64,000 nucleotides of DNA from Antechinus flavipes (Eukaryota), in assembly GCF_016432865.1 (NCBI RefSeq), contig NC_067399.1, positions 436,604,001-436,668,000 of the forward strand, written 5' to 3'. Position 1 is the first letter of the stretch, and every line of letters begins with the position of its first letter. The translations under genes and the position numbers were made by a program. The notes under the pieces were generated by a model that was given only the letters and a program-made list of their open reading frames with translations, was not told where the DNA came from and did no database searches. Positions 1 to 14,192 of this stretch are shown in pieces.

Positions 1-455
1 AATTCCTAGTCGCATCTACTTATATGGTTGTGGTAAACATATAGGATAGAAATGTAAGTAGTCAACTTTAAATCATTATATATAGGAATCTCTGATAAAT
101 ATACATAAGTATGTATATTATATATATGTACATATGAATGAATATTGCTTAGAGTTTAGAATTGTTTTCCTTTCTTTTGATCCACTCCAGATATTATTAT
201 CAGCAAATATCTATTAAATACCTATATTTAATAAAACAGTGGGATAGGTACTGTTAATATGTTTTTTATTAAATGGTTCAGAATTACTCATTGATAATTA
301 TGGTATTTTTTATTATAGTATTTTGTCAAATTTTATCCATCTGTACCAATAATGATCGCTTGAGTATTAATGCATACGTATAAGGGAAAAAGGGGCTGGT
401 AATTGTTTTTAGTCCTATATGCATTTTCCTCCATTTCTGTTATGTATGATTCCAG

Positions 456-517
456 GAAGGAGCATTTGCATTGGTTTTCAAGAGCATCCATTACCCAGGA
501 GAAGCTGTTACTACCAG
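456..517 (+). CDS. GFPT2: GFPT2 coding exon 7 ([21 protein letters not shown])
   Basis: TCCAG acceptor, AG|GTTAGT donor, 62 nt; translation matches the GFPT2 glutaminase domain and the frame joins the next exon. Confidence 0.95.
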
Positions 518-670
518 GTTAGTTTTTAAATGCATTTGTATTTTATATTGTAAAAAACAATAAAATTTTGGGAACTTAATTGGAACACTTTAAAATTGTA
601 CATTGTTTTAAATAGCAAATCCAGTATAATCATTGTATTCTTTGTGAGGAAAAATGGTTTGAGAACTAAT

Positions 671-850
671 GAATTCAGATAACTTACTAGCTGTGTGCCC
701 TTGAGCAAAACACTTAACTCTGTTTGCCTCAGTTTCCATCATCCATCCATCCATCATACAGAAGAAAATGGCAAATAACTACAGTATCTTTGCCCAAAAA
801 ACCGGTCACAAAGAGTTGCACACTGCCAAAAGGACTGAAAACAATGACAA
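671..850 (+). mobile_element. Degenerate marsupial CORE-SINE (Mar1/MIR-like) with RTE-type tail
   Basis: Core CTAGCTGTGTG...GCCTCAGTTTCC followed by GAAAATGGCAAATAACTACAGTATCTTTGCC tail; internal (ATCC)n. Confidence 0.7.
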
Positions 851-1939
851 AATCGTAAACAAGTTTAAGTAAAAGTGTTTTTATTAATAACTTTAACATG
901 TATGTTTAAATTTGAAAATGAAATTGGAACTTTGGTTTTCTTCTCTCTCTCTGAAAATTGGGTTTGGGAAGGGAAAATCAAATGGTAGTAGTAGTGCCAT
1001 TTGAGATTTGTTTAGGTTTCTTTGTTTTAAAGTTTAAAAAGTACTTAGCTCCTACATTTGACACAATCACATTTCTTTGTCTTTAGGCAGAACAGAGGAA
1101 TAGAAGGAATCACTCTTCTGCTTATCTTTATTGTGGCTAGAACCCTGTGGTTAAGGAAAATTGATGTGAAAATCCTTTCTCTTTTCCTCTGTGACTTTTG
1201 AAGGTTAAGCTTATATTAATGAAAGAAGAAAAGGTTCTTATCTATGTCTGTGTGCTAATCACCCAGATAAAGCAGAATAGGTACTACTCTTCCTCTCTCA
1301 CTCATAAAATTTATTTTTAGTCTGGACCTGTGATTCCATTGGTTTAAAGAACTCTCAGAAAAATCCCACTAGGGATGCAGATATAAAAATCTTGTCAACT
1401 CTCTGTATTAGTGAATTGGTGGGGAAGATGGGAAGGAGGAGAGGAAAAACAGGCCTTGGGACTAAGTGATTTTCCCTATGTCATACATCCAACATGTGTC
1501 TGAGAGTGGGTCTATCCACTGAACTTCAGTGCCTCTTTAATAATACCATTGTCTCATGTTTTATGACATGATGAAGTTTTCAAAGCATGATTACAAATAT
1601 GATCTTTCTATCTCTATGTATGGATGATCAAATAAGCAGAAAGAAGGTTGTTTCTGTTGCCTAATGTCAAACAGCTAGAGGTAATGGAGCCATAAGATCA
1701 GAATCTTGATTTTCTGGAAAATGATGGAGAAAATGTTAATAATGCAGATTCAACTTAAAAGTGTGTCTTGTAAACTTTTTTTTTCTTAGATCTTATTGTT
1801 TGTACTCTACTGAGTCATAGCCTATCTTTTAAATTATAAATTCCTTCAGGAACTTGTTGTATTGTGTTTCATTTTTATGTAACCACTATGTTTCATGGAC
1901 TTCCCCTATATAATTTCTTTATGGGGTACATGACCTGCA

Positions 1940-2680
1940 TAGTGTAGCCAGGTCCTGTGCTAAACTGTACAAATACAAAAGAGGCAAAAGATAATTCTTG
2001 CCCTCATGGAGTTTACAACTTAATGGGGGAGACAACGTGCAAAGAAATGTATACAAAGCAAACTATATATCACATAAATAGGAAATAATTAGCAGCGAAG
2101 GTACTAGAAATATGAAGAATTAGGGAAGGCTTCCTATAAAAGATAAGATACTTAAAGAAAGCTGGGGAAGTCACTAAGCAGAGTGGAAAAGGAAGAAGCA
2201 TTTTCAGGCATGGAGGAAAGCCAGAGACAATGCCAGGAATCAAGAGAATGAAGTGTCTGAAGAATTGGGGGTAGGGTATAGGGATAAGAAGAATGGAAAG
2301 ATAGGAGGGGATGGGTCATGAAGTATTTTGAAAGCCAAATGGAGGATTTTATATTTGATCCTATAGGCATAAAGAGTCAGTGGAGTTGATTGAAAAGGGG
2401 GCATATAAAATATGTTGTAAATTGAAAGGCCTTGTTGAAATTGAGAGGTCCTGGCAATAGACTGGCTGGAGGGAGGAGCAGGAAGGAGCTGGGTAAGAGA
2501 TAGTAAGGAATCAAAAATAACTTAGGGGTTATAAGGATGGTGTTGCCCTCTACAGTAATAAAGAAGAAGAGAGGGAGGATTTAGGGGGAAAGAGAATGAA
2601 TTCTATTCTGGACATGTTTATTTTAATATGTCTACTAGACATCCAGCTTGAGATATCTGAAAGACAGTTGGATTTATTAT
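1940..2680 (-). mobile_element. Old L2 fragment (3' part, antisense)
   Basis: GCCAGGTCCTGTGCTAA...GCCCTCATGGAGTTTACAACTTAATGGGGGAGAC and the following purine-rich L2-type text; boundaries approximate. Confidence 0.65.
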
Positions 2681-3691
2681 CACCAAAGTCTTATTAGAGC
2701 TTTGTTGGTTCATTTAAACAGATCAAAAGGAATGTATGTGGGCTAGATTCATGTGGCATCAAAGGAATGAATAGTTTATTCATCCAAGTTGCTTAGAAGC
2801 CTTCTAAACAAATATCTTACACAAATGTTGCCTTGGAGTTCAAATTACTAGTGACAGAATTCTTTGTAGATTTAAAAATTCTTCCTCTCTTCTTTAAAGG
2901 CAATTAAAAAAAAACTTAATATATTTGTTAGTGATGACTGAAATTTTACTCTAATAGAAAGATTCTGGCTAAGCATTATCTGGCTGTTTTGACTCTTGAA
3001 TTCACTATAAATTGCAAAATGAAGTGTTCTTTGCTAATGTATATTTTGAAACATGGAATTGGTTGTTTAAAAGATAAAATTTAAAAATATAAGTTAGATT
3101 TTTGTAGAAGAACAGCAATAAATTAAAACAAAACAAACACTTCTCTAATTGAATGTTGCCTCTAAACCGGAAAAATTACATTGTCAACAAGGAGATATTT
3201 CTTGTATATTGGCATAAATGTAGAGTACTCAAGGTCTAGGTTGGGGGAAATAGATAAATTTGTTAATCAAACTATTTTCATTTCTTGTAGAGAAATCTAA
3301 AAGTGAATCTGACTACTTTTCTTGTGAAATGTATGCTTCAGAAAAATTATGTAATATTACTAAAGTTATGTAGTATTACTAAAATCACAGATTTTTAAAG
3401 CTCTTTGAGTTACTTCATTGGGTATAAAAACATCTATATAAGGTCAAGGAAAAAATTCCATTGGCTTTAGTACATTATACTGCATTTCCAAAATATGAAA
3501 CTTGGAATTTTCATAGACTATGATTGGGTAATGAATAGAGAGGATGCTGTTTAAAACAGGGCATCCTGCTCTTAAAACTCTAATATTTTCCCCAAAATTC
3601 AAAATTTGTTTTTAATGAAAGGTAGTTGTCTCAATATATACCTATATGCAAAATATTTTATGTGTAATGTTATTCATTGTTACATTAACAG

Positions 3692-3771
3692 GAGAGGGAG
3701 CCCACTGCTCATTGGAGTTCGTAGTAAATATAAACTTTCTACTGAACAGATCCCCATATTATATAGGACAT
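3692..3771 (+). CDS. GFPT2: GFPT2 coding exon 8 ([26 protein letters not shown]; includes the RRGS PKA motif)
   Basis: ACAG acceptor, T|GTAAGT donor, 80 nt; GFPT2-specific peptide. Confidence 0.97.
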
Positions 3772-4234
3772 GTAAGTTATTTATAAAGCATGTGAAAGTT
3801 ACAATTGTTGGCCAGTTCCTCAAGACTTAGCAGATATATTTAATGCATGCCAGTTCTTTGGGAAATGTGGAAGCATTAATATATGGTGAGAATATAAAGG
3901 GAAGGGAGGGAAAGAGATGAAATGCATGTAAGTGCCTAAAACTTCCTTATAATCATTAGGTGACTTGCAGGCATGATCCAGTTTTTCTAAATCTAATTCT
4001 TTAGCAGTTTAAATATTTTTGTAGAAAAATTTGAGGTTTGTAATTAATTCCAGAATTTGACTGCTGCAGCTAATAACCTAAAAAATTAATATTTCTCTCC
4101 CAGTGTCAATCTCTTAAAATAATTGAATTCAAGATTAAGTTGACCCCTTATCTAGTGCATGTTATTTATGTTTTATATTTTAATACACTGAATGGTTTAG
4201 GGTTATGAAATCAATGAAATTATTTTATTTATAG

Positions 4235-4352
4235 GCAACATTGAGAATGTGAAGAATATATGTAAAACAAGAATGAAGAGACTTGATAGTTCAACTTGTC
4301 TTCATGCTGTTGGGGATAAAGCAGTAGAGTTTTTCTTCGCCTCTGATGCAAG
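4235..4352 (+). CDS. GFPT2: GFPT2 coding exon 9 ([40 protein letters not shown])
   Basis: ATAG acceptor, AG|GTAGTA donor, 118 nt; this linker distinguishes GFPT2 from GFPT1. Confidence 0.97.
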
Positions 4353-6055
4353 GTAGTAGGAAACTTTATTTCTTTACTTCTTAGTACTGACAAAGTTCTC
4401 AAGTTTTCCTGACAGGTACAACATTGTGGTTATTTCATGAAGAACTAAAACCTGCCATGTCTTATGTTTTGTGTCTTAATCCTCTACACTAAGTTCTATG
4501 AGATCAAGGATTGTTTCTTGTCCAAACATTACATCTCCCAAAATGCCTAATAAAGGTTGTATTGTCTTGTTTATCTTATCATTCTAGCTGTGCTCTCAGA
4601 TGCCTACTAAATAAAGATTTCGCCATTTAATCACATGTACTCATTGAAGGCTTTGTTTGTATTAATATGGTCCCTTCTCCAGAACTGTATTATAAAGCTT
4701 AAATGTTGACTTCTGGACTTGCCCTTATTTCTCTAATCTGTGGATGAAAAGTCATTTTCTTGGTGATCAGTATGTAGAATGTCCAGCAGAAATTTTATAG
4801 ATGTAATTGAATAGCCAACATAACATCTATACAATAGTAAGTGTACAGCTATTGTCTCCTTTAAAGATTATAATACTTCATTTGGAATTTAAATAAATCT
4901 CATTTCCTTCCATTTTAAGACAAAAAGACTCAAAATGAAAATTACTGTAGAAACCTCTTTCTCCCCCAGCCAAAAAAAAAAAAAAAAAAAGGAAGACTCA
5001 CCCTCCTGAATTCAAATCTGTCCTCTAGCCATATGACCTTGGGCAAGTCATTTGACCCAGTTTCCTCATTTGTAAAATGAATTGGAGAAGGTCACAAAGA
5101 GTGACTCCATCTTCAATGGATAGGATGATAGAGCTCAATGGAAGACAACAAATAGAAAAGTCTTCATTGTCTAATGAAATTAATTTCCCTATATGAATGA
5201 TAAAAAAGGTATGGGGCAGAATCTCTCTTGACTCCATAGAGCTGTATAATACATATAAGTAGAATACGAACCTAAGAAGTTGTATTATTTTTTAAAAGGT
5301 GAATATTTAATGAATACTCAATCATAAAAGACATTCTTTTTATTGACCAAACTTAAGAAACCAAAACCTAACCAAATTTGATCTTTTATTTAAAGACAAA
5401 ATGGCCAGAGAAGTTTTAAATCTCCATTGATTTTTTTTTTCTGTCTCTGGTTTGCCTTATAGAGTATAAGAGCAAGAGAGAGAGTTCCAGAGGTAGGAAG
5501 AAGGGAAAAAATAGCTCATTTAATCTTAATAGAAATTGGGCCCTCCCATATAGGAGTACTATCAGAGCAGATTATGAGAATCTAGAAGATTATGAAGGGG
5601 CCCTCAACTGTGAAGTAAAAAAGTCATTAGACTCACTTCCATTTTCCTCCTCCTTCAGAACCTCACAGAGGTGGGAGAATAGAAGCAAGTAGGAAATGGA
5701 GCAAGGAAGCAAGAGAAATAGTGACTATGACAACCAGAACAATCACCCAGTCTCTGATGAACTCCAGATCCCAAGCAGCCACACTGAATAAAAGAGTTTC
5801 TGGCACACTAATCTATGTCTGGATGTACCCAGATATTCCACATAAAAGCCTATCATTTATTTCATAGGCAAGCTTATACTCTCTGTATTAGAAAGAGATT
5901 TCTCTTGTAGATTTTAATCTGAATTCTCGATATTCCTCAAAAACAGTACCAATGGAGCACTGTTTTTTCCCCCAATTAATTATTGAATTAAACAGCACTT
6001 ATTCTGAAATATTAGAGATAGGTCTAAATTCTGAAACCTATTTTTGTTCCTTTAG

Positions 6056-6219
6056 TGCTATTATTGAACATACCAACAGAGTAATTTTCCTTGAAGATGA
6101 TGACATTGCAGCCGTTGCTGATGGGAAGCTCTCTATTCATCGAGTGAAACGTTCAGCTAGTGATGATCCATCTCGAGCTATCCAGACTCTACAGATGGAA
6201 TTACAGCAAATTATGAAAG
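6056..6219 (+). CDS. GFPT2: GFPT2 coding exon 10 ([54 protein letters not shown]), ending at a GC donor
   Basis: TTTAG acceptor, 164 nt; the conserved MKGNFS junction with exon 11 requires the cut AAG|GCATGT. Confidence 0.93.
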
Positions 6220-7226
6220 GCATGTATATTATCTAAAGTTCCATAAGTATAGCCTGATTCATGATTTGATATATTTTTAACTTAGCCATTCCTAAATAAG
6301 GGCTATATCAGGATTATCAGAAGATAGAACACAGAAGGAAAGATATTATGTCTTTTTTTTCCTGTGGGTGACTCCTAAGTGCTCCAGTTAAAAATAAGCA
6401 CCAGAACAGTATCTCTCAGAGGATTATTTGTATTGTATTAATTACATTCATATATCGTTCTTTGTTCACCCATTCCTTGATTTATGTTAATTCACTTCTT
6501 TGCCATCACAAAAAGAGTTGCTATAAATATGTTTGTACATATGGGTCATTTTCTTTGCTCTCTTTAGGCATAATAGTGATGTTGCTGGGTGATAACTTTG
6601 GGGGCACAGTTAGAAAGCAAATTATTTTCCAAAATAGCTAAATAAATTCACAGCTTTCTCCACCACAACCACCAATTGATAAATTGTCAAAAGATATGAA
6701 CAGACAATTTCTTATTGATCTTAGAATTCTGTTCTAAACTGTTAGAAATGGAATTTGGTCTTAGTATTTTCTCAGGCAAACTTCCTCCATGTAAGCAGCA
6801 AGGTATAGTGGGGGGAGGGAGGGAAGGGGGGAATCACTAAATCTAAAGTCAAAGACCAAGTCTCAAATTCCAGCAGTTACTTACTATCTAAATGGCCTTA
6901 ACCTCTTGGTGAGGTTTGGTTTCCCCCTCAAAAATGGATGATTTTATCTGTAAGGTACTTTGTAGCTCTGAATCATAGCCCTTGTCTTGCTTTTATATTA
7001 TCTTTGCAAGCCTAAGTATAGTTGAGATCTCCATCCCTCTTTTTGAAATATTAATTATAACCTACTTTCTCTGCCTCAAGACTTCGAGATACATATTTTA
7101 TCATCTTATTCTTGTGATATTTTCATGAAGTTGAGGTGCTGGTAGAATAATCAACTAGCAGAGAAGAATTTAAGGGATAATATATCCTAAGAGGAGAACC
7201 AGGTTTCCATTAAAATAAGGAATTGA

Positions 7227-7370
7227 GGGACAGCTACATGGTGCAGTGGAAAGAACATCAGCCCTGGAATTCAAATCTGACCTCAGACACTTAACACTTA
7301 CTAGCTATGTGATCCTGGCATGTCACTTAACCTCAATTGGCTCACTAAAAAGAAAAAAATCCCCAAACAA
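7227..7370 (+). mobile_element. WSINE1-type SINE with internal deletion
   Basis: GGGACAGCTAC head, GACACTTAACACTTACTAGC motif, A-rich tail; decayed TSD TAAAATAAGGAATTGA / TAAAATAAAGATTGA. Confidence 0.8.
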
Positions 7371-7549
7371 TAAAATAAAGATTGAAAAGAATTCTGGTAG
7401 GAGAATTTGAGGATATAGGGAATGTAATGAATAGAGTGAGGGTTCTAAAGGGCTCAGTAGTATAATCTAGACAGTGGATAAACTACTTTAGAATAACACT
7501 GGGAAGGAAAAGCAAGAGTTATAAGAGAGAAGAAAGCAATCATATCAAA

Positions 7550-7806
7550 GTAATAATAGTATTTATGAAGCACCTACTGTGTGCCAGCTAAGTATTTGTA
7601 AACAAATATTATTTTCTCTTGATCTTTATAACAGTTATGAGAGGTAGATTATGTTATCAACCCCATTTTACAATCTAGGAAACTGAGGCCAGCAGAAATT
7701 AAGTGATTTGCTCAAGTTCACACACCTAGCAAGTGTCTGAAGCCAGATCTGAATGTATGTCTTCTTAACTCTAGGCCCCGCTCTTTCTCCATTGTACCTC
7801 TTAGCT
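7550..7806 (-). mobile_element. MIR/Mar-type SINE, antisense
   Basis: GGAAACTGAGGC...AAGTGATTTGCTCAAGTTCACAC core on the reverse strand. Confidence 0.75.
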
Positions 7807-8283
7807 TACAACTTGGACCTAAAGTGGTGAAACTGTTTGACTAGATAAAGACCTAGAATAATGGGAGACAGACTGATGTGTGGCAGATGATTAAACTATA
7901 GTTGATACATGTAGAGTCCAGGGCAGAATCTGGCATGCTGGTATTTTTGTTTTTACAAACTGGAGCTCTCTTCTTCAGATGTGATTCAATGAACAGAACA
8001 ATGGAGCTCTGGGCTCCCAAAGGTTTTCAGGTCCCAAATAATAGAGAAGCAAAGGCCTAGACCTTTCTAAGATTATAAATCAGGAGAACTGCTTTAGGTC
8101 TAGCACTTATTAATAGGGAAATTGTTTCATTTTCTAGAGCATGATCACTTTGTACTTAAATATGTGTAGATTAATTAGATTTTTTTTTTTACTCTTTTTG
8201 TCCCAATTAGGGTATTAAGTTGTCAATCCCCTTTGTCATTGACACCAAAGTAAAGATGTTTTTTCTGATAGCATTAAAACTAG

Positions 8284-8436
<153 letters not shown>

Positions 8437-8510
8437 TAATTTATAATAAACATTATACCCTCAATCTTCAATACTGAACATGCTCATTTAAGTAAGAGAA
8501 CTGACACTGA

Positions 8511-8762
<252 letters not shown>

Positions 8763-8868
8763 TAGCAACAAAATCATTTTTTTAAATCAGATTTTGCATT
8801 AAAAGTAGAACTGCTCTTCTATCGGTTGGTTATGATTCTTGAGGTTAACGCTTTATTTTTACTTTTAG

Positions 8869-9036
<168 letters not shown>

Positions 9037-9780
9037 TAAATAAAAGTAGCTCCTAAATGTTGGCTTTGGCCGCTTTAGTTTTCTATTTTCGGCTCTGAAT
9101 CATATGAAAACACATGTGTACATGTGTGCATATGTGCACGTATACATAAACCATGTAGAACTTTAAAATGGAGAATTTTTTAAAATTTTCCTCTTTCAAA
9201 CTTCTCTTGGGTGAGTCTACATTGCATAATACAGAACATCTGCTTTGAATGGGCATGTGTAGCTTAGTAAAGGATTTGGTCTGTGGGATCACTACTTTAT
9301 GACCAAGTAAATACTCATTCATGGTCAGGCCAGATATTTGCAGAGTCTCCAAGCTTAGGGGTCAGGTAAGTGGGTACTAAACATTCTTCTTGCAGTCACC
9401 TCTTGTCAGGAGGAGTGGGAGATAGTGTAGTATTATAGAAAGAATAATGGACTGGGAAGTCACCTCTGATTAACTTCCAGGATCCGCCTCTATATAACTT
9501 TGTACCCAGAAGTTAGTAACTCTTTCCTAGTTCCTAGTATGTGCCTCTTTTTCCTTGTCTTTGAAAGGAAGAAACTGCATAAATAAGGTCTATATCAAGA
9601 AAAGGACACTCTTTTACATATGTGACTGACTGTAGTTTGTCCTTGAACTTTATTCTAGGAATTCTTGTGGATAAATTGGAAATAATCTGAGGGAATGAAT
9701 GTTTTCATTTCCATATATACAGAAACATTGCATTGGATCAAAGTAAATTTCATGCAAGAGGCACATAGAGTAAAAAATAG

Positions 9781-10035
<255 letters not shown>

Positions 10036-10409
10036 TGAGACAGAAAGGCAGCCTAAATGAAGTGACTAATTTGTATTAACAATTGCCATCATTAACCACA
10101 CTTAAATTTTACACGTTGAGAATGGATTATTACTTGAATATCCCTTTTTTGGAGACCATTCTATAGTAGTTAAAAGAAAACTGAACTAGGAGATTGGAAA
10201 GTCTAGATTTCAATTCTAGCTCTGTCATATAACCTCAGGCAAGTGAATTCTCCCGTCTGGGAAAATTTTTCCTCATCTGTAAGGTGGATATGATATCTAA
10301 TTCTGTTTGTTTCAGAAAATAGTTTTGAAGACAAAAGTTAGGATAATATGTGTGAAAGCAATTATAAAATCACTATACAATTGTAAGTTGGTATCACTAT
10401 TATCTACAG

Positions 10410-10524
10410 GCTTATACCAGTCAGTTCATCTCCTTAGTAATGTTTGGCCTGATGATGTCTGAAGATCGGATTTCATTGCAAAGCAGGAGACAAGAAATCA
10501 TCAATGGATTGAGATGTTTACCTG
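10410..10524 (+). CDS. GFPT2: GFPT2 coding exon 15 ([38 protein letters not shown])
   Basis: ACAG acceptor, CTG|GTAGGT donor, 115 nt. Confidence 0.96.
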
Positions 10525-11116
10525 GTAGGTTAGTTATTTTTAAAACCCCAAAATATTTCCAGACAGAGTTGGAAACAACTTTGAAAAGCAGATTTTTAAA
10601 AGTAGACAACTAGTGGGAATATGGGAAGTTTGCTGGTATGTCCCTATTATCTGACAAATGAATGTGCTTTCTGTTTTACCTCCCAGCCCCATCTCTGGCC
10701 ATGTACAACTAGAACTAGGCTCATATTAAGACTACTAGTAGAGGTGTGTCCTAGTCCAGAATAGGGGTAAAGCAAGATTTGGACAGAGGATGAGGGTTTT
10801 CTTTCCTTTCCATTCTAAGGCAGAAGAAAATGGGTTTATTTTAAAATTTAATTCTCTTTAGGTGAAAACCACATCTGAAATTTCATTTGAAGTAATATTT
10901 TTGTATTATAGACTCCAAAATTGCTAAATATAATAAAGAAATCACTTTGTTAATATAAATCCCAGCCCTGTCATGACAAATTTTAGTTTAACAGGCAGAA
11001 TTTTTCTAATGTGAACCTAAATTATATTTGAAATTAAATTTTTTTAAAAGACTAAAGTCATCATTGATTTCTTTGCAATTTCAAATATATCACAATTTTT
11101 CATTAGCCACATCTAA

Positions 11117-11329
<213 letters not shown>

Positions 11330-12436
11330 TAGATGTTTTAGTATGATACATTGTGTTATTTTATATTTATTGAATAGCTGTTCCAATGACTCCTTTGGGG
11401 TTGTTTTCTGGTATCTAAAGTGCTGAGGCACCTGCTGTTATTAAAAATGCAAATCCCCCTATGCCTTCTTACCCTAGAATTATTATTTTGGGTCAACCCC
11501 CTCATTTGATGTTATCTTTAACAATTCTCCAAATACTTAACTGGGTTGGTAAATGATAAATGTAAGTTCAATAAATACTTGGAACTACTGTGTGCCATAC
11601 TTTTCCATATAAGCTATGGGATTGTGTGCAGAAATTCTGGGAATTTATTGTATACATTTATTATGCATCTATTGTATATCAGGCACTATACAGACTATAT
11701 ACAAATTATATATATGGATTAATACTTTGTATTCTTTATATTAATATTCCAAAGCTGAACACAAACTCTTCCAAGCCCTAGGATCACTGATTTGGAACTG
11801 GATGAGACCCCAGAGGTCCTTTAGTCCAAACTGCTACTTTTGATAGATGAGAAAATGGAGGCAAAAAGGTTAAATGATTTATTCAAGATCACAGAGGTAG
11901 TGAGTAGCATGGTTGTTAATCTTGTATTTCCGAAAGTCATCCATAAAGGATTTATCCAACCTAGAAGCAACCTTCAGTGGGTTATTTATCATCTCAAGGG
12001 TATTGATGCGGCACTTGGAAGTTCAGCTTGTCATTTCTCATTCCTACTACATGACTGACCTATTTTCTTTCCCTCAGTTTTATGCCACTTTTTAGGTAAA
12101 ATGCCAAAATGTAGGTATACCTACTAGCTATATATCCATCATCCTTTAAGTTACTTGTAATTTTAATCTAATTGAGATTGTTTATTACATGATGTTTTGC
12201 TATTTAGCATCACTAAAACAAAATTAGTGTTAAAGAGAGCAGTTTTTGCATCCTTGAAAAGTCTGGGATCATTGAAAGCCTGACACAGTTTCTCAAATGC
12301 CCTAATTCAAATGATGTAGCCTGATTTTTCACCTCCTGCTCAATTCTGAAAACAGCTTATTGTCTATCTACAAATGTCTGTCCTAAATTGGTAACATCCA
12401 CCTGCATTTCCCTGTTTATGCAATATGTATTATTCT

Positions 12437-12682
12437 TTTTTTTAAATTTTAATAGCTTTTTATTTACAAGTTATATGCATGGGTAATTTTACAGCATTGA
12501 CAATTGCCAAACTTTTTCTTCCAATTTTTCCCCTCCTTTCCCCCACCCTTTCCCCTAGATGGCAGGATGACCAATACATGTTAAATATATATATATTTTT
12601 TTTAATTTAATTTTATTTAATAATAACTTTGTATTGACAGAATCCATGCCAGGATAATTTTTACACAACATTATCCCTTGCA
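12437..12682 (-). mobile_element. Two adjacent 5'-truncated L1 3' ends
   Basis: Two T-tails, each followed by marsupial L1 3' UTR text; the second is the reverse complement of the L1 tail at 35840-35905. Confidence 0.75.
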
Positions 12683-12903
12683 ATCACTTATGATAAATAT
12701 ATTAGAGTATAAATTAAATTATGTATTATTCTTACACTTAATTTTTTCAGTGTTAATAGTTCAATTAATTTCTTGTACATTATGCTGCATTTTACTTAGG
12801 GGGGAGAGTACTATTACAGAGTTAAGTGTGATTAACACAATACTATCTGTACATTTAGAGACACCTATCGTGAATAGAATCTTTTTTTTTGTTTGGACCC
12901 TTT

Positions 12904-13160
12904 GGACAGCTAGGTAGTACAGTGGATAAAGTACCAGACCTAGAGTCAGGAAGACTCAACTTCATGAATTGAAATCTGGCCTCAGACACTTAGTACCTGT
13001 GTGACTCTAGGCAAATCATTTAACCTTATTTGTCTCAATTTCCTTATCTATAAAATGAGCTGGAGAAGGAAAGGGCAATCGCTCCAATATCTTTACCAAG
13101 AAAACCCCAAGTGAGGTCATGAAGACTCAGACAGATCTGAAAGGACTGAAAAATAACAAC
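12904..13160 (+). mobile_element. Near full-length Mar1-type CORE-SINE
   Basis: tRNA-like head GGACAGCTAGGTAGTACAGTGG, CORE, RTE-like tail GGAGAAGGAAAGGGCAATCGCTCCAATATCTTTACCAAGAAAACCCC, ends AACAAC. Confidence 0.8.
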
Positions 13161-13958
13161 TGAACCCTAAATAAAGCATCTTTCATTATGGAAACAACCT
13201 CTTAGCCTAGCATTTATTTCTTTGTACTTCACTAGATTATGTTCAACGGATCCCTGAAAAAAGTTACATAGTTATATCTGTCAATCTCATGTAATTTTCA
13301 CATTCATGGTCATCCTGTTTGAGGAGAATTTTCAAGACCAAATTTTATTCATATATTTTTTATGAACAGTGGACATGGTAGGATCCTATGACTCTCAGAC
13401 AAGTGTACATCATTCTGCTGAGTTTCAGTGTAATCTCCTAAAGTTTTGAGGCTACATTCAATTTTACCTATACATAACTACAAGGAATATGGTTATATAC
13501 AGCAAATTCAATTCATAAAAATCTCTATTCCCCTCATATTTAGATCAAAACTACCCTCAATGAATGCACAAACCAAACACATCAAGATTTTTTTTTTAAA
13601 TAAGAAAACATATTTAAGTTGATGGTTGAAGTTTTATGGCCAATTTTTTTGTTAAAATCACTACTATTTAATGTAAAGATAGTAAGGAAAGAAGTATCTC
13701 CTATTTTTAAAATATCTTAAAAATTTGTCTTTGAACATCTTATGAACTTTTGCCTGTGTTTGGTCAGGTCCAGCTTATGTTCCCAAGTTCATCTTTCTAA
13801 GTGTCGTTTCCATTTCTTTATGAGTTTGTATCCTAAGTCAGATTCTCTTTGGCTATTATCCTTCCTGCTTGGCAAGGAGATTGTGTTTGCTGGCTAACAT
13901 GGATTAATTCTTGTTTTGCTTCCTAGATTGCTGATTATTTTCTATCGGTTAAACTTTT

Positions 13959-14192
13959 ATTTATTTATTATTATTTTTTTTTAGTATAGCTTTTTATTTA
14001 CAAGATATATACATGGATAATTTTTCAGCATTGACCCTTGCAAAACCTTCTGTTCCAACTTTGCCCCTTCTTCCCCCCATCCCCTCCCTAGATAGCAGGT
14101 AGAGCAATACATGTTAAATACAATATATGTATACATATCCATACAGTTATTTTGCTGCACAAGAAAAATCAGACTTGGAAATAAGGTAAAAT
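13959..14192 (-). mobile_element. 5'-truncated L1 3' end with 16-bp TSD
   Basis: TSD TATCGGTTAAACTTTT (13943-13958) / TATCAGTTAAACTTTT (14193-14208); T-rich tail on the left. Confidence 0.85.

Noticed and set aside
3831-3885. Possible cassette exon in GFPT2 intron 8 (TAGCAG acceptor, ATG|GTGAGA donor), at the position of the GFPT1 muscle-specific exon
   Set aside because: Length is 52 or 55 nt (frameshifting), the pyrimidine tract is poor, and the peptide does not resemble the GFPT1 insert.
9361-9371. Consensus donor CAG|GTAAGT inside GFPT2 intron 13
   Set aside because: No convincing paired acceptor or coding similarity; such motifs occur by chance in introns.
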